This document shows, piece after piece, positions 48,140 through 59,135 of a stretch of 64,000 nucleotides of DNA; positions within the stretch are counted from its first letter, which is position 1, and the number at the start of each line of letters is the position of its first letter. Both the position numbers and the translations under genes were made by a program. A model generated the notes under the pieces. It was given only the letters and a program-made list of their open reading frames with translations, searched no databases and had not been told where the DNA came from. The stretch covers positions 2,240,001-2,304,000 of the forward strand of contig OY771506.1 in assembly GCA_963674705.1 (NCBI GenBank), in the 5' to 3' direction. This stretch comes from Phycisphaeraceae bacterium. Lineage in GTDB: Bacteria; Planctomycetota; Phycisphaerae; Phycisphaerales; Phycisphaeraceae.

Positions 48140-49462
48140 TTAGAAGAGCAACTGGAACTGCGAACGTACGGCCATTTCGTCTTCGGTGCCGGTGATCACG
48201 CCGAGCATGTTGCTGGTCGGGCTGGCGCCGAAGGGATTGGCGGTCGGTACGTCGTCGTTCAGGTAAACAACATCGGTGGTGAACCGGGCACGACTACCAT
48301 TGATGTAGTAGTTGAAGCCGGCGGTCCAGGCGCTGAAGTCATCTTCGCCATCGACGTCGCCATCGATGTATTCCCAGCGTGCGAAGATTTCGAATTTATC
48401 CGGGACGAGGTCCAGGCCGCCTTGCACCACGACACCGGTCATGTCGCGATCGGAGGCGGTGGATTCGTCGGGATCGATGTTCGCGCCGATGTAGGCGGCG
48501 AACAGGTTCACACCTTCATTCTCGTAGGACACGTCGACGGTCCAGGCGTTGTAGTCGGAATCGCCGCCGTTGCGGCCGTCACCCAACTCGTAGTGGTATG
48601 CACCACCGAGGACGATGCTGGTGCCTTCGCCATCCCAGCCGGTGAAGTCCTTGGCCTGCTTGAGATCGCCTTCCAGGGCGATGTCGCCGCGGACGGTCAG
48701 GGCCAGTTCGGATGTGTCGTTGTCGAATTCGCTGACGTCGGCGTTGGCGCCGTCGCTGAACATACCGCGGACCATCCAGTTATCTTCGCTGTAGGTCAGC
48801 AAGACACCTTCGGAGCGGTTGAGTGTGAAGAATTCGTTCATGATCGAGCGTTCAGCGGTGAGCTGGCCGGCGAGGCCGACGAGTTCTTCGCGGTTGAACG
48901 GCAGCTTGATGACGCCGCCGGCGACCTTGAGGTTGTCGCTGATCTGATAGCTGATGTCGTATTCGAGCAGGTTGGTGTCGCCACCGTCACGTGTATGCTC
49001 GAGCACGACGTGGTAGCCGATCTTCGGATCGGCGACGTGACCGTCGAGTTTCAGCCAGACGGCGCGGCTCTGGAATCCGCCTTCATCTTCATCACCAGTG
49101 TTGGTGTCCTGGTTGTTGTAGATGTAGCGGAAGTTCAACTGACCGCTGAAGTACATGGCAAAAGCGCCATCGGGGCTAGCGATGAAGAATCGCTTGCCGT
49201 CGTGGCCGGCGACCGCGCCGTCGTTCAGAAGCGACGCACGTGTGTCGGCATCAGAAAGCACTTCCATGATCAGGCCCTTCACCTCTTCAGCGCGACGCTC
49301 GTTGAGCCAATTGTCGCCCTGTTCGGATTTGACCTGGGTCAGTTCGGTACGCAGGGCGTCGATCTGAGCTTGCATATCAGCAATCTGATCGCCCTGTGCC
49401 GGGGACAACAATCCCAGCCCGGCAATGGTAAACGCGGCAGTGGTCCATTTGGTTCGTAACAT
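48140..49462 (-). CDS. Outer-membrane porin-like beta-barrel protein
   Basis: Signal peptide, N-terminal coiled coil, alternating beta-strands, C-terminal RSQFQLLF. Confidence 0.75.
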   Translation of the reverse strand: MLRTKWTTAAFTIAGLGLLSPAQGDQIADMQAQIDALRTELTQVKSEQGDNWLNERRAEEVKGLIMEVLSDADTRASLLNDGAVAGHDGKRFFIASPDGAFAMYFSGQLNFRYIYNNQDTNTGDEDEGGFQSRAVWLKLDGHVADPKIGYHVVLEHTRDGGDTNLLEYDISYQISDNLKVAGGVIKLPFNREELVGLAGQLTAERSIMNEFFTLNRSEGVLLTYSEDNWMVRGMFSDGANADVSEFDNDTSELALTVRGDIALEGDLKQAKDFTGWDGEGTSIVLGGAYHYELGDGRNGGDSDYNAWTVDVSYENEGVNLFAAYIGANIDPDESTASDRDMTGVVVQGGLDLVPDKFEIFARWEYIDGDVDGEDDFSAWTAGFNYYINGSRARFTTDVVYLNDDVPTANPFGASPTSNMLGVITGTEDEMAVRSQFQLLF

Positions 49463-49875
49463 GATGATTAAGCTCCGTTCCGTGGAAAAGGAATCTCTCG
49501 TACTTAAGGGTCTCTATCGGGAGGAACCCGTCGACATGCTGAATTTTGTGGCAATTTCCACGCGATGATTCTCGCCATTTCTCTGATAGAAGGCAAATCG
49601 CTGTGGAAAAGTCGCTTATGAACAATAATCGAAGATGGTCCGATAACCACGATGCCCTGTAAAGCATCACTCAGGGGCGACTTTCCCGGACAACGCGCAA
49701 AACATGCGCGAGCAACTCTCCAACTCGGGCGAGTGCCTTAGATCTGCATCGGAATTTTGTGGTAAAACCCGGTTGAGAAGTCGGGAGGCGATCCATTATC
49801 GGACATGGCCTTGCCGATGGAGCTGTCAGATCTATCTATATATAGATACGGTGTTTGCGGGCTAGCCGATGGACG

Positions 49876-50949
49876 TCAATCTTCATCTTCAAAGTCATCG
49901 TCGTCCTCTTCTTCCCACTCATCGAGCTCGTCGATTTCATCTTCCAACTCGTCTTTGTCGTCATCCTGGGAATTAGGCTGGGCCTCGGGGTTTTCGGCTT
50001 CATCGTTCTTCGCGCGATTGGCGCGTCGGTTGGCGCGGCGTTCGGCCCGTAGACGCGATGCTTCGTCCGGCCAGTCGTATTGCATCTCGCCGGTCTCCGG
50101 ATCACGCCAGTCTGTGGCTTCTGCATCTGAAGTGATGCCGGTCGGGTCTATGTGATCGGATTCAGGGCGGAGTATGAGGCGGATATCGCCGCCGGCTTTG
50201 TCCTGCTCGACGCCGACCCGGCGGGTACGGACCAGTTCGAGTACAGCCAGGAAGAGCCCCACCATCTCGCCACGGCCTTTTCGGCCGATAAAAATCTGCT
50301 GCAACGTCATCGGGCCGTCTCGCTTGAGCCGGTCGGCGATATCCTCGGCGTGCAGGGAGATGGGGGTATCGTCGTAGGTGACCTCGACCTGCGGTTTGTG
50401 GCCGATCGAATCGAGGATGCGGCCGAATGCCTCGCACAGGTCCATGATGTTGGCGTCTTCGAGGTCGATCTCGGCCTCTTCGGCGTTTTCCGACTCGTCG
50501 GGCTGGGCTTTTTTCTTTTCGTCCTTGGGCCGGGCGGTGGGATGAGCGGCGAAACGGCTTTCCCAGTCGCGCTGACGGTCTTCCAGACCGATCGCGGCCT
50601 CCTTGAAGCGCTTGTAGGCCAGTAACTGCTGGACCAGCTCGTAGCGCGGGTCGGTCGGGTCCTCGATGGCGTCGGTTGCGACTTCGTCCTCGGTCTGCTC
50701 GGTGACGTAGGGGACGAGCATCTGGCTCTTGATTTCAACGAGGGTCGCGGCCATGACGAGGAATTCGCCGGCCAGATCGACATCGATCTCCTGGATCACT
50801 TTCAGGTGATGCAGGTACTGCTCGGTGAGTCTGGACATGGGGATGTCGTGCAGGTCGATTTCGTGACGTTTGACCAGGTACAGCAGCAGGTCCAGCGGCC
50901 CGGCATAGGCATCGAGCTGTACGCGGTAGTCCTGACTGGTGCCTGTCAT
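49876..50949 (-). CDS. scpA: Segregation/condensation protein A
   Basis: YAGPLDLLLYLV, AGEFLVMAATLVEIKS, ELVQQLLAYKRFK, FLAVLELVR; acidic tail. Confidence 0.92.
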   Translation of the reverse strand: MTGTSQDYRVQLDAYAGPLDLLLYLVKRHEIDLHDIPMSRLTEQYLHHLKVIQEIDVDLAGEFLVMAATLVEIKSQMLVPYVTEQTEDEVATDAIEDPTDPRYELVQQLLAYKRFKEAAIGLEDRQRDWESRFAAHPTARPKDEKKKAQPDESENAEEAEIDLEDANIMDLCEAFGRILDSIGHKPQVEVTYDDTPISLHAEDIADRLKRDGPMTLQQIFIGRKGRGEMVGLFLAVLELVRTRRVGVEQDKAGGDIRLILRPESDHIDPTGITSDAEATDWRDPETGEMQYDWPDEASRLRAERRANRRANRAKNDEAENPEAQPNSQDDDKDELEDEIDELDEWEEEDDDDFEDED

Positions 50950-51072
50950 CGGCTCACTCCATTAAGCCCGTCTGAGTTTGGCGTGCCAGGTCTGGGATTG
51001 CGGACCCTTGGCACGGGGTTGACCGCGGGTACGGTCTTGCACGATCATGGCACTTTAAGCAGGTTTTTCAGA

Positions 51073-52107
51073 ATGGACAAGGCTGCATTGAACTTAAGCG
51101 CACAATCCGACCCACGCCAGCAGGCCGACCTAGCCCGGCAGGTACTTGATGCAGAGGCTGATGCGATCCGTCAGATCGAGATCACCGAGGCATTTCACGC
51201 GGCGGTCGATGTCATATTGAAAGCCAAGGACGGCAATCTCGTCGTCTCCGGGCTGGGTAAGAGCGGGCTGATCGGGCAGAAACTGGCGGCCACGTTTGCC
51301 AGCACCGGCACGCCCAGCCACTTCATGCATCCGGTCGAAGCGATGCACGGCGATCTTGGCAAGGTCCGCAAGGGCGATGTCGTGCTGCTTCTATCGCATG
51401 GCGGGAATACCGATGAGGTGGTTTCGCTGGCGGAGTTGTTGATGCTCGACAACGTGCCGGTGATCGCGATGGTGGGAAAAGAAGATTGCGAGCTGGCGCG
51501 GATCGCGACGGTGACGCTACTCATCGGCGACATCACCGAAGCATGTCCGCACAATCTGGCGCCGACGGCGAGTACGGCCGCGATGCTGGCGCTGGGCGAT
51601 GCGCTGGCGCTGGTGGTCAGCCGCAGGCGCAACTTCGGCGTCAGTGACTTCCAGAAGTTCCACCCCGGCGGCGGACTTGGCAGGCAGTTGATGCCGGTCG
51701 TTCACGCGATGCGTTTCAAGGCCGGTGACAATCAGCCGTTGATCGGATTAGGTTTGAGCGTGCAACAGGCGTACGCCAAGGCCGAAGAGTTCGCCAACGA
51801 AGCGGGGCTGCGAAGAGCGGGGGCGCTATTGATCGTCGATGATGATGGCAAGCTGGCCGGCATCGTGACCGACGGCGACCTGCGATCTGCATTGATCAAC
51901 AAAGGTCCCGAAGTATGGGGCGGGCCGATCCGCGAACTGATGACGACAAACCCGACGACGTTGCCGCACACATCGTTGGTAAGGGATGCGGTACACATTG
52001 TGCGCGAAAGGCGTTTCGATGAGATTCCCGTGGTGGATGGGGAGGGTAAGCCTGTCGGGCTGATCGACGTGCAGGACCTGGCGGCGCTCAAGGTTATAGA
52101 AGGTTGA
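51073..52107 (+). CDS. kdsD: KpsF/GutQ arabinose-5-phosphate isomerase
   Basis: SGLGKSGLIG.K.AATFASTGTP, EAMHGDLG, EACPHNLAPTAST, FHPGGGLG, CBS pair. Confidence 0.9.
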   Translation: MDKAALNLSAQSDPRQQADLARQVLDAEADAIRQIEITEAFHAAVDVILKAKDGNLVVSGLGKSGLIGQKLAATFASTGTPSHFMHPVEAMHGDLGKVRKGDVVLLLSHGGNTDEVVSLAELLMLDNVPVIAMVGKEDCELARIATVTLLIGDITEACPHNLAPTASTAAMLALGDALALVVSRRRNFGVSDFQKFHPGGGLGRQLMPVVHAMRFKAGDNQPLIGLGLSVQQAYAKAEEFANEAGLRRAGALLIVDDDGKLAGIVTDGDLRSALINKGPEVWGGPIRELMTTNPTTLPHTSLVRDAVHIVRERRFDEIPVVDGEGKPVGLIDVQDLAALKVIEG

Positions 52108-52250
52108 ACCACAGAGAAGACTATTGAAACAGGGATGAACACGGATGGACACAGATAAGAATTTAGATTGCTTAACTTCTTATCCTGTTCATCCGTGTTT
52201 ATCCCTGTTCATTTTATGCTGTCCTCTCTGTGCCTCTATGTCTCTGTGGT
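52108..52250. repeat. Composite nested inverted repeat (same architecture as 30791-30969)
   Basis: accacagag...ctctgtggt outer pair; aacagggatgaacacggat.../atccgtgtttatccctgtt inner pair; begins at the kdsD TGA. Confidence 0.82.
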
Positions 52251-52258
52251 AAAAACAA

Positions 52259-52771
52259 ATGTCCAAAGATATCCCTGATATTCAACTGATCGTATTCGAT
52301 GTTGATGGCGTCCTCACTGATGGTTCGCTGATCTATGACAATACAGGCAACGAATTCAAGCGATTCAATATTAAGGACGGCTTTGGTATCCGTGCGGCGC
52401 GGTTCAGTGGTTTGCAGGTGGGTATTTTGACGGCCCGTTCGAGCGAAGTTGTGAAGCGTCGTGCGGAGGAACTAAAGATCGACCATTACTTTGCCGGCTG
52501 CAAGGATAAGGCGGCGGGGATCGAAGCGATCGCGGAACGGGCGCATGTGTCGCTGGAGCAGACTGCGTTTATGGGTGATGACATTCTGGATCTGCCGGCG
52601 CTGAAAAAGGTTGCCTACCCGATGGCGGTTGCGGACGCGGCGATCGAAGTCCTGGAGGCCGCGAAGTTCGTTACAGAAGCCAAAGGCGGGCGCGGCGCGG
52701 CACGTGAAGCGGTCGAGCATATCCTGCGATCGCAAGGGAAGTGGGAAGCGGTGCTGGAAGCGTTTGGGTGA
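52259..52771 (+). CDS. kdsC: KDO-8-phosphate phosphatase
   Basis: FDVDGVLTDG, KRFNIKDGFGI, FMGDDILDL, GGRGAARE. Confidence 0.93.
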   Translation: MSKDIPDIQLIVFDVDGVLTDGSLIYDNTGNEFKRFNIKDGFGIRAARFSGLQVGILTARSSEVVKRRAEELKIDHYFAGCKDKAAGIEAIAERAHVSLEQTAFMGDDILDLPALKKVAYPMAVADAAIEVLEAAKFVTEAKGGRGAAREAVEHILRSQGKWEAVLEAFG

Positions 52772-53018
52772 ATAAGAAGTTTAACCGCAGAGAACGCGGA
52801 GTGCGCAGAGTAAGATAGATCTACTAATCTGATCAGTTTGGGGGATGAGATTGAAGCGCAACAATCCGTTTAGCGGGCGATCGCAGATCGCCGTGTTTTC
52901 TATGAATTACCCAACATATCGATGTGTTGATCTATTTGATTGAGTTCCAAGTGTTATATATTTAATGTCGAATGTCGTCAGATATGAAAAATCGAACAGG
53001 CCGGTTCATGCGCATGGG

Positions 53019-53912
53019 TCAGGCATGGAAAATCTCAAAGAAGAGTTCATAGTGTTCACCACGGTCGATGACAATGAACGAAACCGCTAATCCCATCAGT
53101 GGAATATCGTCTGCCTTTGGATCATTCGGCTCGGTGGTAAGGGGGATCTGAGCCATGAACCATCCTCGGCCGTTTTCATCCATTGGACTGTATTCCATGT
53201 TGGATTCGATCACACCGATCAGTCGATCGTTTGGGATGACGACAGACCATGGATCGTTACCCCCGAAGAAGGTCGTAACTCGCTTCTTAAGTTGATTCGC
53301 CTCCCATTCACTGCCCGAAAGGAAGGCTTTTGCCGCACGGTCGTAGCGATCATCGGCCATCATCGACACCCACTGCCAGAATGCTCCCAGGTAGTTTTCT
53401 TTTGTGTCAATGCGTGGGAAACGGATGAGTGATGATGTGTCTGAAATGTTTCGGTCTTCAAACACACGACTTCTTACGTTTGTGATGTCATTGGACCGCT
53501 TTGAGAATGATCGAAGCCTCGAACTTACCTCATCAACGATCGCATCTGTGATATGAAAACTTCCAAACAGAAGTAGGAACAGGGATATCGCTCCCATTGA
53601 GATAACTTCTGATCTTCTCAGGTCCGTTGACACTAAGACGGCTGTGACTGCCGTCCATGCAAGAATGCCGCCACATAGGGCCATGCCTGATGGCAGCATG
53701 GAATAGAATAGTACCTCTGCCGCATGGGTGGACAGACATACCCGACACACGATGATGGCTGTGATCCATACTGCCGCTAAGGCGAGCACCACGACAACCA
53801 CGTCAATGGGTAAGTAATAAATACCAAGGCCGGTGACTAGATATAGAACTGCGGTTGCGGGGGTCCACACCCATACACGCAGATTTCCTGTATTTTTTGG
53901 AACCTTCTTCAT
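53019..53912 (-). CDS. Hypothetical protein: N-terminal TM part plus a soluble C-terminal domain
   Basis: 297-aa ORF, lower GC than neighbours, two compositionally distinct halves. Confidence 0.55.
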   Translation of the reverse strand: MKKVPKNTGNLRVWVWTPATAVLYLVTGLGIYYLPIDVVVVVLALAAVWITAIIVCRVCLSTHAAEVLFYSMLPSGMALCGGILAWTAVTAVLVSTDLRRSEVISMGAISLFLLLFGSFHITDAIVDEVSSRLRSFSKRSNDITNVRSRVFEDRNISDTSSLIRFPRIDTKENYLGAFWQWVSMMADDRYDRAAKAFLSGSEWEANQLKKRVTTFFGGNDPWSVVIPNDRLIGVIESNMEYSPMDENGRGWFMAQIPLTTEPNDPKADDIPLMGLAVSFIVIDRGEHYELFFEIFHA

Positions 53913-53950
53913 ACCGGTTTGAAGGTCTCATTCAGTGTGATCGAATAACT

Positions 53951-54262
53951 TCATTCGAATGAAGTCAGCAATTCATTCAACTCACTGATGGCCTTGCCAT
54001 CCCCGGCGGCGTTGGCTTTTTCCAGGCCTAGCTCAAGCGTCACCCTGGCGGCGGGGGTGTCGTCGAGGGCGTCCTGGGCTTTGGCTTTCTGGTAGTAGGC
54101 GTAGAGGTAGTTGGCATCGATCGCGAGGGTTTTGTCGAGCCAGGTGATGACACTCGGGTAATCCCCAGCTTTGACGTGTTCCATCGCGATCATGTAGGTG
54201 ATGTCAGCATCGGCAGGGTCGGCGGCGTGGAGTTTTTCGAGTTGTTCGAGTCGATCTGGCAT
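53951..54262 (-). CDS. Small TPR protein
   Basis: RLEQLEKL..DP.D..ITYMIAME; TLAIDANYLYAYYQKA. Confidence 0.75.
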   Translation of the reverse strand: MPDRLEQLEKLHAADPADADITYMIAMEHVKAGDYPSVITWLDKTLAIDANYLYAYYQKAKAQDALDDTPAARVTLELGLEKANAAGDGKAISELNELLTSFE

Positions 54263-54278
54263 GTGGGGATTGTAGCGG

Positions 54279-54385
54279 GGGGTTGGGGATTCGGGGCTGG
54301 GGATTGGGGGAAATCAATAGAACAGTGATGGAATCTGATGCTCTGTGGCATCCCCCAATCCCTAAATCCCAACCCCCAATCCCCA
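54279..54385. repeat. Inverted heptamer arrays (GGGGATT/AATCCCC)
   Basis: ggggttggggattcggggctggggattgggg versus ccccaatccctaaatcccaacccccaatcccc. Confidence 0.75.
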
Positions 54386-54428
54386 AAATACTTGCGAAAA
54401 TCGTTCAATTTTCTCATACTTAACCCCC

Positions 54429-54914
54429 ATGAAAATAGGCGTCATCAGCGACACGCATGATCGGCTGCCCCCATTTCGACGGGCAATAGCATTATTCGAG
54501 CGGTTAGGAGTGGAGGCGATCCTGCACGCGGGAGATGTGATCGCTCCTTTTGCAGCGAAGTTGATCGCGCAAGATGCGGTGTCCGTGCCGGTGTATTGCG
54601 TCTATGGCAACAACGATGGTGAGCGAGCGGGATTGAAGAAAGTGTTGCCACAGATCGTCGATGGTCCTTTGCGGATTGAGCTTGGTGGCAAGACGATCGT
54701 GATGCATCACTGGATCGAATGGCTCAAGCCTGCCGACATTGCTCGGGCGGACATCGTCATCACCGGCCACACCCACGAAGTCGTCAACCAGACAAGCGAC
54801 GGCATCCTCTACCTCAACCCCGGCGAGTGCTGCGGCTGGGTCAACGACCGCTGCACGATCATGGTGCTGGACACGGAGCAGATGAAGGCGGATCTTGTGG
54901 AGATAAAGGGATAG
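54429..54914 (+). CDS. YfcE/MJ0936-family metallophosphoesterase
   Basis: ISDTHD, HAGD, GNND, GHTH, NPGE. Confidence 0.88.
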   Translation: MKIGVISDTHDRLPPFRRAIALFERLGVEAILHAGDVIAPFAAKLIAQDAVSVPVYCVYGNNDGERAGLKKVLPQIVDGPLRIELGGKTIVMHHWIEWLKPADIARADIVITGHTHEVVNQTSDGILYLNPGECCGWVNDRCTIMVLDTEQMKADLVEIKG

Positions 54915-54931
54915 GGTGTGGGGCGGTTCCT

Positions 54932-55032
54932 ATTTATGATTTAGGATTGGAGATTTATGATTTGTTCAGATCGGTGTGACTAAGGCAATGCTGGTCTTTT
55001 AAATCATCAATCCTAAATCATAAATCCTAAAT
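54932..55032. repeat. Inverted heptamer arrays (GATTTAT/ATAAATC)
   Basis: atttatgatttaggattgg versus caatcctaaatcataaat. Confidence 0.78.
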
Positions 55033-55128
55033 TCCCTGCCCTTTCGCGGCTGCACCGCGAATGCTACACTGGCTCAAATCCGGTTCGGCTGCCGGATATG
55101 TCTACCCCTACCTAAATACACATAAACC

Positions 55129-58100
55129 ATGCCCAAACGTGACGATATCCGCACAATCCTCATCATAGGCTCGGGGCCGATCGTGATCGGTCAGGGCTGT
55201 GAGTTCGACTATTCTGGCACGCAGGCCTGCAAGGCGCTGAAGGAAGAGGGGTTCCAGGTCGTGCTGGTCAACTCCAACCCGGCGACGATCATGACGGACC
55301 CGCAGTTCAGCGACCGGACCTACATCGAACCAATCACGCCCGAGGCAGTGACCAAGATCATCGAGAAGGAGAAAGGCGGCGACTACGAGATCGACGCTCT
55401 GCTTCCGACGCTGGGTGGGCAGACGGCCCTGAACTGTGCGTGCGAGCTGTACGACACGGGCGTTCTGACCAAGCACGGCGTCGAGATGATCGGGGCGTCT
55501 CGTGAAGTCATCTACCGGGCGGAAGACCGCCAGCAGTTCAAAGACATCATCGAATCGATCGGGCTCAAGTGTCCGGATGCCGGGGTCGCGAATTCGATGG
55601 ATCAGGCGTACGAGATCCTCGACCGGGTGGGGCTGCCCGCGATTATCAGGCCGGCGTTCACACTCGGCGGGACGGGCGGCGGCGTGGCATACAACCGCGA
55701 AGAGTTTGCCGACATCGCCAAGCGTGGGCTTGATGCGTCGATGAACCACCAGATCCTGATCGACCAGTCGCTGCTTGGCTGGAAGGAATACGAGTTGGAG
55801 GTCATGCGGGACCACGACGACAACGTCGTGATCATCTGCTCGATTGAGAACTTCGATCCGATGGGCGTACACACCGGCGACTCGATCACGATCGCGCCGG
55901 CCCAAACCTTAACAGACAAGGAATATCAGCGGCTGCGTGACGCTTCGTGTGCGATCATCCGTGCGGTGGGCGTGGAGACGGGCGGATCGAACATCCAGTT
56001 CGGCGTGAACCCGGACAATGGGGATGTGGTCGTCATCGAGATGAACCCGCGTGTGTCGCGGTCCAGTGCGCTAGCCAGTAAAGCGACGGGCTTCCCGATC
56101 GCGAAGATCGCGGCGAAGCTGGCGGTCGGTTATTCGCTGTGGGAACTGCCGAATGACATCACGGGCAAGACGGTCGCGTGCTTTGAGCCGACGATCGATT
56201 ATGTCGTGACGAAGATTCCTCGTTGGACGTTTGAGAAGTTCCCTGAAGCGGACGAGACGCTGACGACGCAGATGAAGTCGGTCGGCGAAGCGATGTCGAT
56301 CGGTCGGACGTTCAAGGAGAGCCTGCAGAAAGGCATCCGCTCGATGGAGGTCAAGCGGTTCGGGCTAGGTCTTGATGCGAATGATAAATGGCTCAATGCC
56401 AAGCGTGGTGTGAAGAACGCGGACGGCTCGAATGTAGAATGGCCGATCGAAGAGATGAAGCTCAGTCGCAAGCTGACGGTACCTTCGCAGGGCCGGATGT
56501 ATTACCTGCGGTATGCGTTCAAGATGGGCTGGTCGATCGACCAGGTCTACGCAGCCACGAAGATCGACAAGTGGTATCTCGATCAGATCAAGCAGCTCGT
56601 AGATTTTGAGGAGGTGTTGTGCGGTTTCGAGAAGCTCGAAGATTTGCCGCGCGAGGTGCTTTTCAAGGCTAAGCAGTTGGGGTATTCCGACCCGCAGTTA
56701 GCGAACCTTTACCTTGGCAAGATCAGCACGGACACGATTTTAGCAGTGCGTGCTTATCGTAAGTCGCTCAAGGTAGAGCCGGTGTACAAGCTGGTGGATA
56801 CCTGTGCTGCGGAGTTCGAGGCGGCGACGCCTTATTACTACTCGACGTATGAGACGCCGATCAAGCAGATCGAGAACGGCGCCGTTACATCGGTGTTAGA
56901 TGATGAAGTCCGCGTGACGGATAAGAAGAAGGTGATCATCTTGGGCGGTGGACCGAACCGGATCGGGCAGGGCATCGAGTTCGACTATTGCTGCGTGCAG
57001 GCCGCGTTCGCTGCGGACGAACTGGGCTATGAGTCCGTCATGATCAACTCGAATCCGGAAACGGTATCGACCGACTACGACACATCTGATTTGCTGTTTT
57101 TCGAGCCGTTGACGCTGGAAGATGTGTTGAACATCTGCGAAAGGCTGAACGGCGGGGCGTTCGGGGATGAAGATTCGGCTGGGAATGTCCATGGCGTGGT
57201 CGTGCAATTCGGTGGGCAAACGCCGTTGAATCTGGCGCACGGTCTGGAGAAGGCCGGCGTACCGATCATTGGGACGTGTGTGGATTCGATCGATTTGGCG
57301 GAAGACCGCGAGCGATTCAGCGAGCTGATCAAGAGCCTGGGGATCAAGCAGCCTGCCAACGGTATTGCGTACGATGTGGATGAAGCGATCAAGATCGCAA
57401 ACGACATCGGGTATCCCGTGCTGGTCCGACCGAGCTTTGTGTTGGGCGGGCGTGCGATGGCGACGGTGTTCGATGATGAACAGTTGCGTCACTACATGGC
57501 GATCGCGCTGGGCGCCAGCGACCTGGCGGGCCAGCCGATCCTGATCGACCAGTTCCTGGCCGAAGCAGTCGAGTGCGACGTGGATGTTGTGGGTGACTTC
57601 TTTTCCGATACCCGAAACCCGAATCCCGATACCCGCGCTCTCGTTTGCGGCGTGATGGAGCACATCGAGGAAGCCGGCATCCACTCCGGTGACTCGGCTT
57701 GTGCGATCCCTCCTTACTCCTTGCCTGCGGATGTGGTGGAAGAGTTGAAGGATTTGTCGCGGAAGCTGGCCGAATCGCTGAACGTGCGGGGGCTGATGAA
57801 CGTGCAGTGGGCGGTGCGTCGGCCCGGTGATGCTAGAGATAAGCACGAGATCTACGTGATCGAGGTGAATCCACGTGCGTCGCGGACCGTGCCGTTCGTG
57901 AGCAAGGCCTGTGGTGTGCCTTGGGCGCTCAATGCCGCGAAGGTGATGATCGAGAAGCAGCTCAGTGATTTGGGCATGACCGAAGAGGTTGTGCCGAAGC
58001 ACACGTCGGTGAAAGAATCGGTGTTCCCATTCAGCAAGTTCCCGGGCGTGGATGTGATCCTTGGGCCGGAGATGCGGTCGACAGGCGAATGCATGGGTGC

Positions 58101-58599
58101 GGATACGAACTTCCCGGTCGCGTTTGCCAAGAGCCAGATGTCGGCCGGCGTGTCGCTGCCGTTGAGCGGGAAGATTTTCCTGTCGGTACGAAACAGCGAT
58201 AAACCTGCGTGTGAACCGATCGCGAAACGGCTGATCGACATGGGCTACGAGGTCTACACCACAGGCGGCACGTACTCGCACTTGGCGGATTGTGGTATCG
58301 AAACGAACCGGTTGCACAAGATCAGTGAAGGCAGGCCAAACGCGATCGACATGATTAAGAACGGCGAGCTTGGTCTGCTGATCAACACCCCGACTCGTAA
58401 GGGACCGGCCACGGACGAGGGCAAGCTGCGTGCGACGGCGGTTCGGTTCAACGTGCCTATGATCACGACGCTGACGGGTGCGAGTTGTGCGGTCGATGCG
58501 ATTGCCGCGTTGCGGGCTGATGCCTGGACGGTGCACGCCTTACAGGACTACTTCCCACATACGGCCAGGCGTGTCGTAGATACGGTTGTGTCCAGCTAA
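55129..58599 (+). CDS. carB: Carbamoyl-phosphate synthase large subunit
   Basis: [62 protein letters not shown] domain. Confidence 0.97.
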   Translation: MPKRDDIRTILIIGSGPIVIGQGCEFDYSGTQACKALKEEGFQVVLVNSNPATIMTDPQFSDRTYIEPITPEAVTKIIEKEKGGDYEIDALLPTLGGQTALNCACELYDTGVLTKHGVEMIGASREVIYRAEDRQQFKDIIESIGLKCPDAGVANSMDQAYEILDRVGLPAIIRPAFTLGGTGGGVAYNREEFADIAKRGLDASMNHQILIDQSLLGWKEYELEVMRDHDDNVVIICSIENFDPMGVHTGDSITIAPAQTLTDKEYQRLRDASCAIIRAVGVETGGSNIQFGVNPDNGDVVVIEMNPRVSRSSALASKATGFPIAKIAAKLAVGYSLWELPNDITGKTVACFEPTIDYVVTKIPRWTFEKFPEADETLTTQMKSVGEAMSIGRTFKESLQKGIRSMEVKRFGLGLDANDKWLNAKRGVKNADGSNVEWPIEEMKLSRKLTVPSQGRMYYLRYAFKMGWSIDQVYAATKIDKWYLDQIKQLVDFEEVLCGFEKLEDLPREVLFKAKQLGYSDPQLANLYLGKISTDTILAVRAYRKSLKVEPVYKLVDTCAAEFEAATPYYYSTYETPIKQIENGAVTSVLDDEVRVTDKKKVIILGGGPNRIGQGIEFDYCCVQAAFAADELGYESVMINSNPETVSTDYDTSDLLFFEPLTLEDVLNICERLNGGAFGDEDSAGNVHGVVVQFGGQTPLNLAHGLEKAGVPIIGTCVDSIDLAEDRERFSELIKSLGIKQPANGIAYDVDEAIKIANDIGYPVLVRPSFVLGGRAMATVFDDEQLRHYMAIALGASDLAGQPILIDQFLAEAVECDVDVVGDFFSDTRNPNPDTRALVCGVMEHIEEAGIHSGDSACAIPPYSLPADVVEELKDLSRKLAESLNVRGLMNVQWAVRRPGDARDKHEIYVIEVNPRASRTVPFVSKACGVPWALNAAKVMIEKQLSDLGMTEEVVPKHTSVKESVFPFSKFPGVDVILGPEMRSTGECMGADTNFPVAFAKSQMSAGVSLPLSGKIFLSVRNSDKPACEPIAKRLIDMGYEVYTTGGTYSHLADCGIETNRLHKISEGRPNAIDMIKNGELGLLINTPTRKGPATDEGKLRATAVRFNVPMITTLTGASCAVDAIAALRADAWTVHALQDYFPHTARRVVDTVVSS

Positions 58600-58610
58600 G
58601 GCTGCTTATT

Positions 58611-58702
58611 GCCGCGAATGAACGCCAATAAACGCGAATGATTGGGGATGTGATACTGAAGGATCAAGTGATTATTTGCGTAGATTTGCGTTCATCCGCG
58701 GC
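58611..58702. repeat. Inverted 10-mer array pair
   Basis: gccgcgaatgaacgccaataaacgcgaat versus atttgcgtagatttgcgttcatccgcggc. Confidence 0.75.
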
Positions 58703-58721
58703 TCAATACCATTTTGGCAAT

Positions 58722-58746
58722 AAAAAACCCCGCGACGAGCGCGGGG
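58722..58746 (-). terminator. Intrinsic terminator of the small lipoprotein gene
   Basis: ccccgcg/cgcgggg stem with a U-tract on the minus strand. Confidence 0.7.
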
Positions 58747-58779
58747 CGTGTGGTTCACATTAACGTATTGTTTAAAAGA

Positions 58780-59040
58780 TCAAGGCACCGGGTAGGGGGT
58801 AAGGCGGCTGTTGCGGTGCATGAGCATGAAGCGATCCAGATCATCCCATGCGGCGCGGAGGTTATTGTCGAAGATCCGGGCCTTGTCGTTGGCGTACATC
58901 TCGCTACTGCGAGTACTAGTCGCCAATTCCGGGGTCATATTGTGGCGAACCTGGCCGGCGGTCACTCGGCCGCAACCGGTCATTGACGCCAGGGACAGGC
59001 CAAGCACCAGAAGGCACAACATCTTGGTCATGTGTCGCAT
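58780..59040 (-). CDS. Small putative lipoprotein
   Basis: Hydrophobic signal ending LASMTG-C; has its own terminator. Confidence 0.65.
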   Translation of the reverse strand: MRHMTKMLCLLVLGLSLASMTGCGRVTAGQVRHNMTPELATSTRSSEMYANDKARIFDNNLRAAWDDLDRFMLMHRNSRLTPYPVP

Positions 59041-59135
59041 GAGATACCACCTAAATACTGGTCAGGAATGAAGGTGCATTGTCCGGATTTGGGGGCCGGT
59101 TGTCAAACGGATTCTTGCAATCCCGCTGGGATTGA

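Noticed and set aside
47879..49459. 526-aa plus-strand ORF
   Set aside because: Antisense shadow of the porin gene, which has a signal peptide, terminal Phe and its own terminator
51008..51024. sigma54-like TTGGCACGGGGTTGAC upstream of kdsD
   Set aside because: Lacks the GC at the required GG-N10-GC spacing
50806..51072. Extended N-terminus of kdsD in the ORF track
   Set aside because: Overlaps the divergent scpA start; KpsF similarity begins only after ATG 51073
56896..58536. 546-aa minus-strand ORF
   Set aside because: Antisense shadow of carB; Arg/His-rich composition typical of GC-rich off-frames
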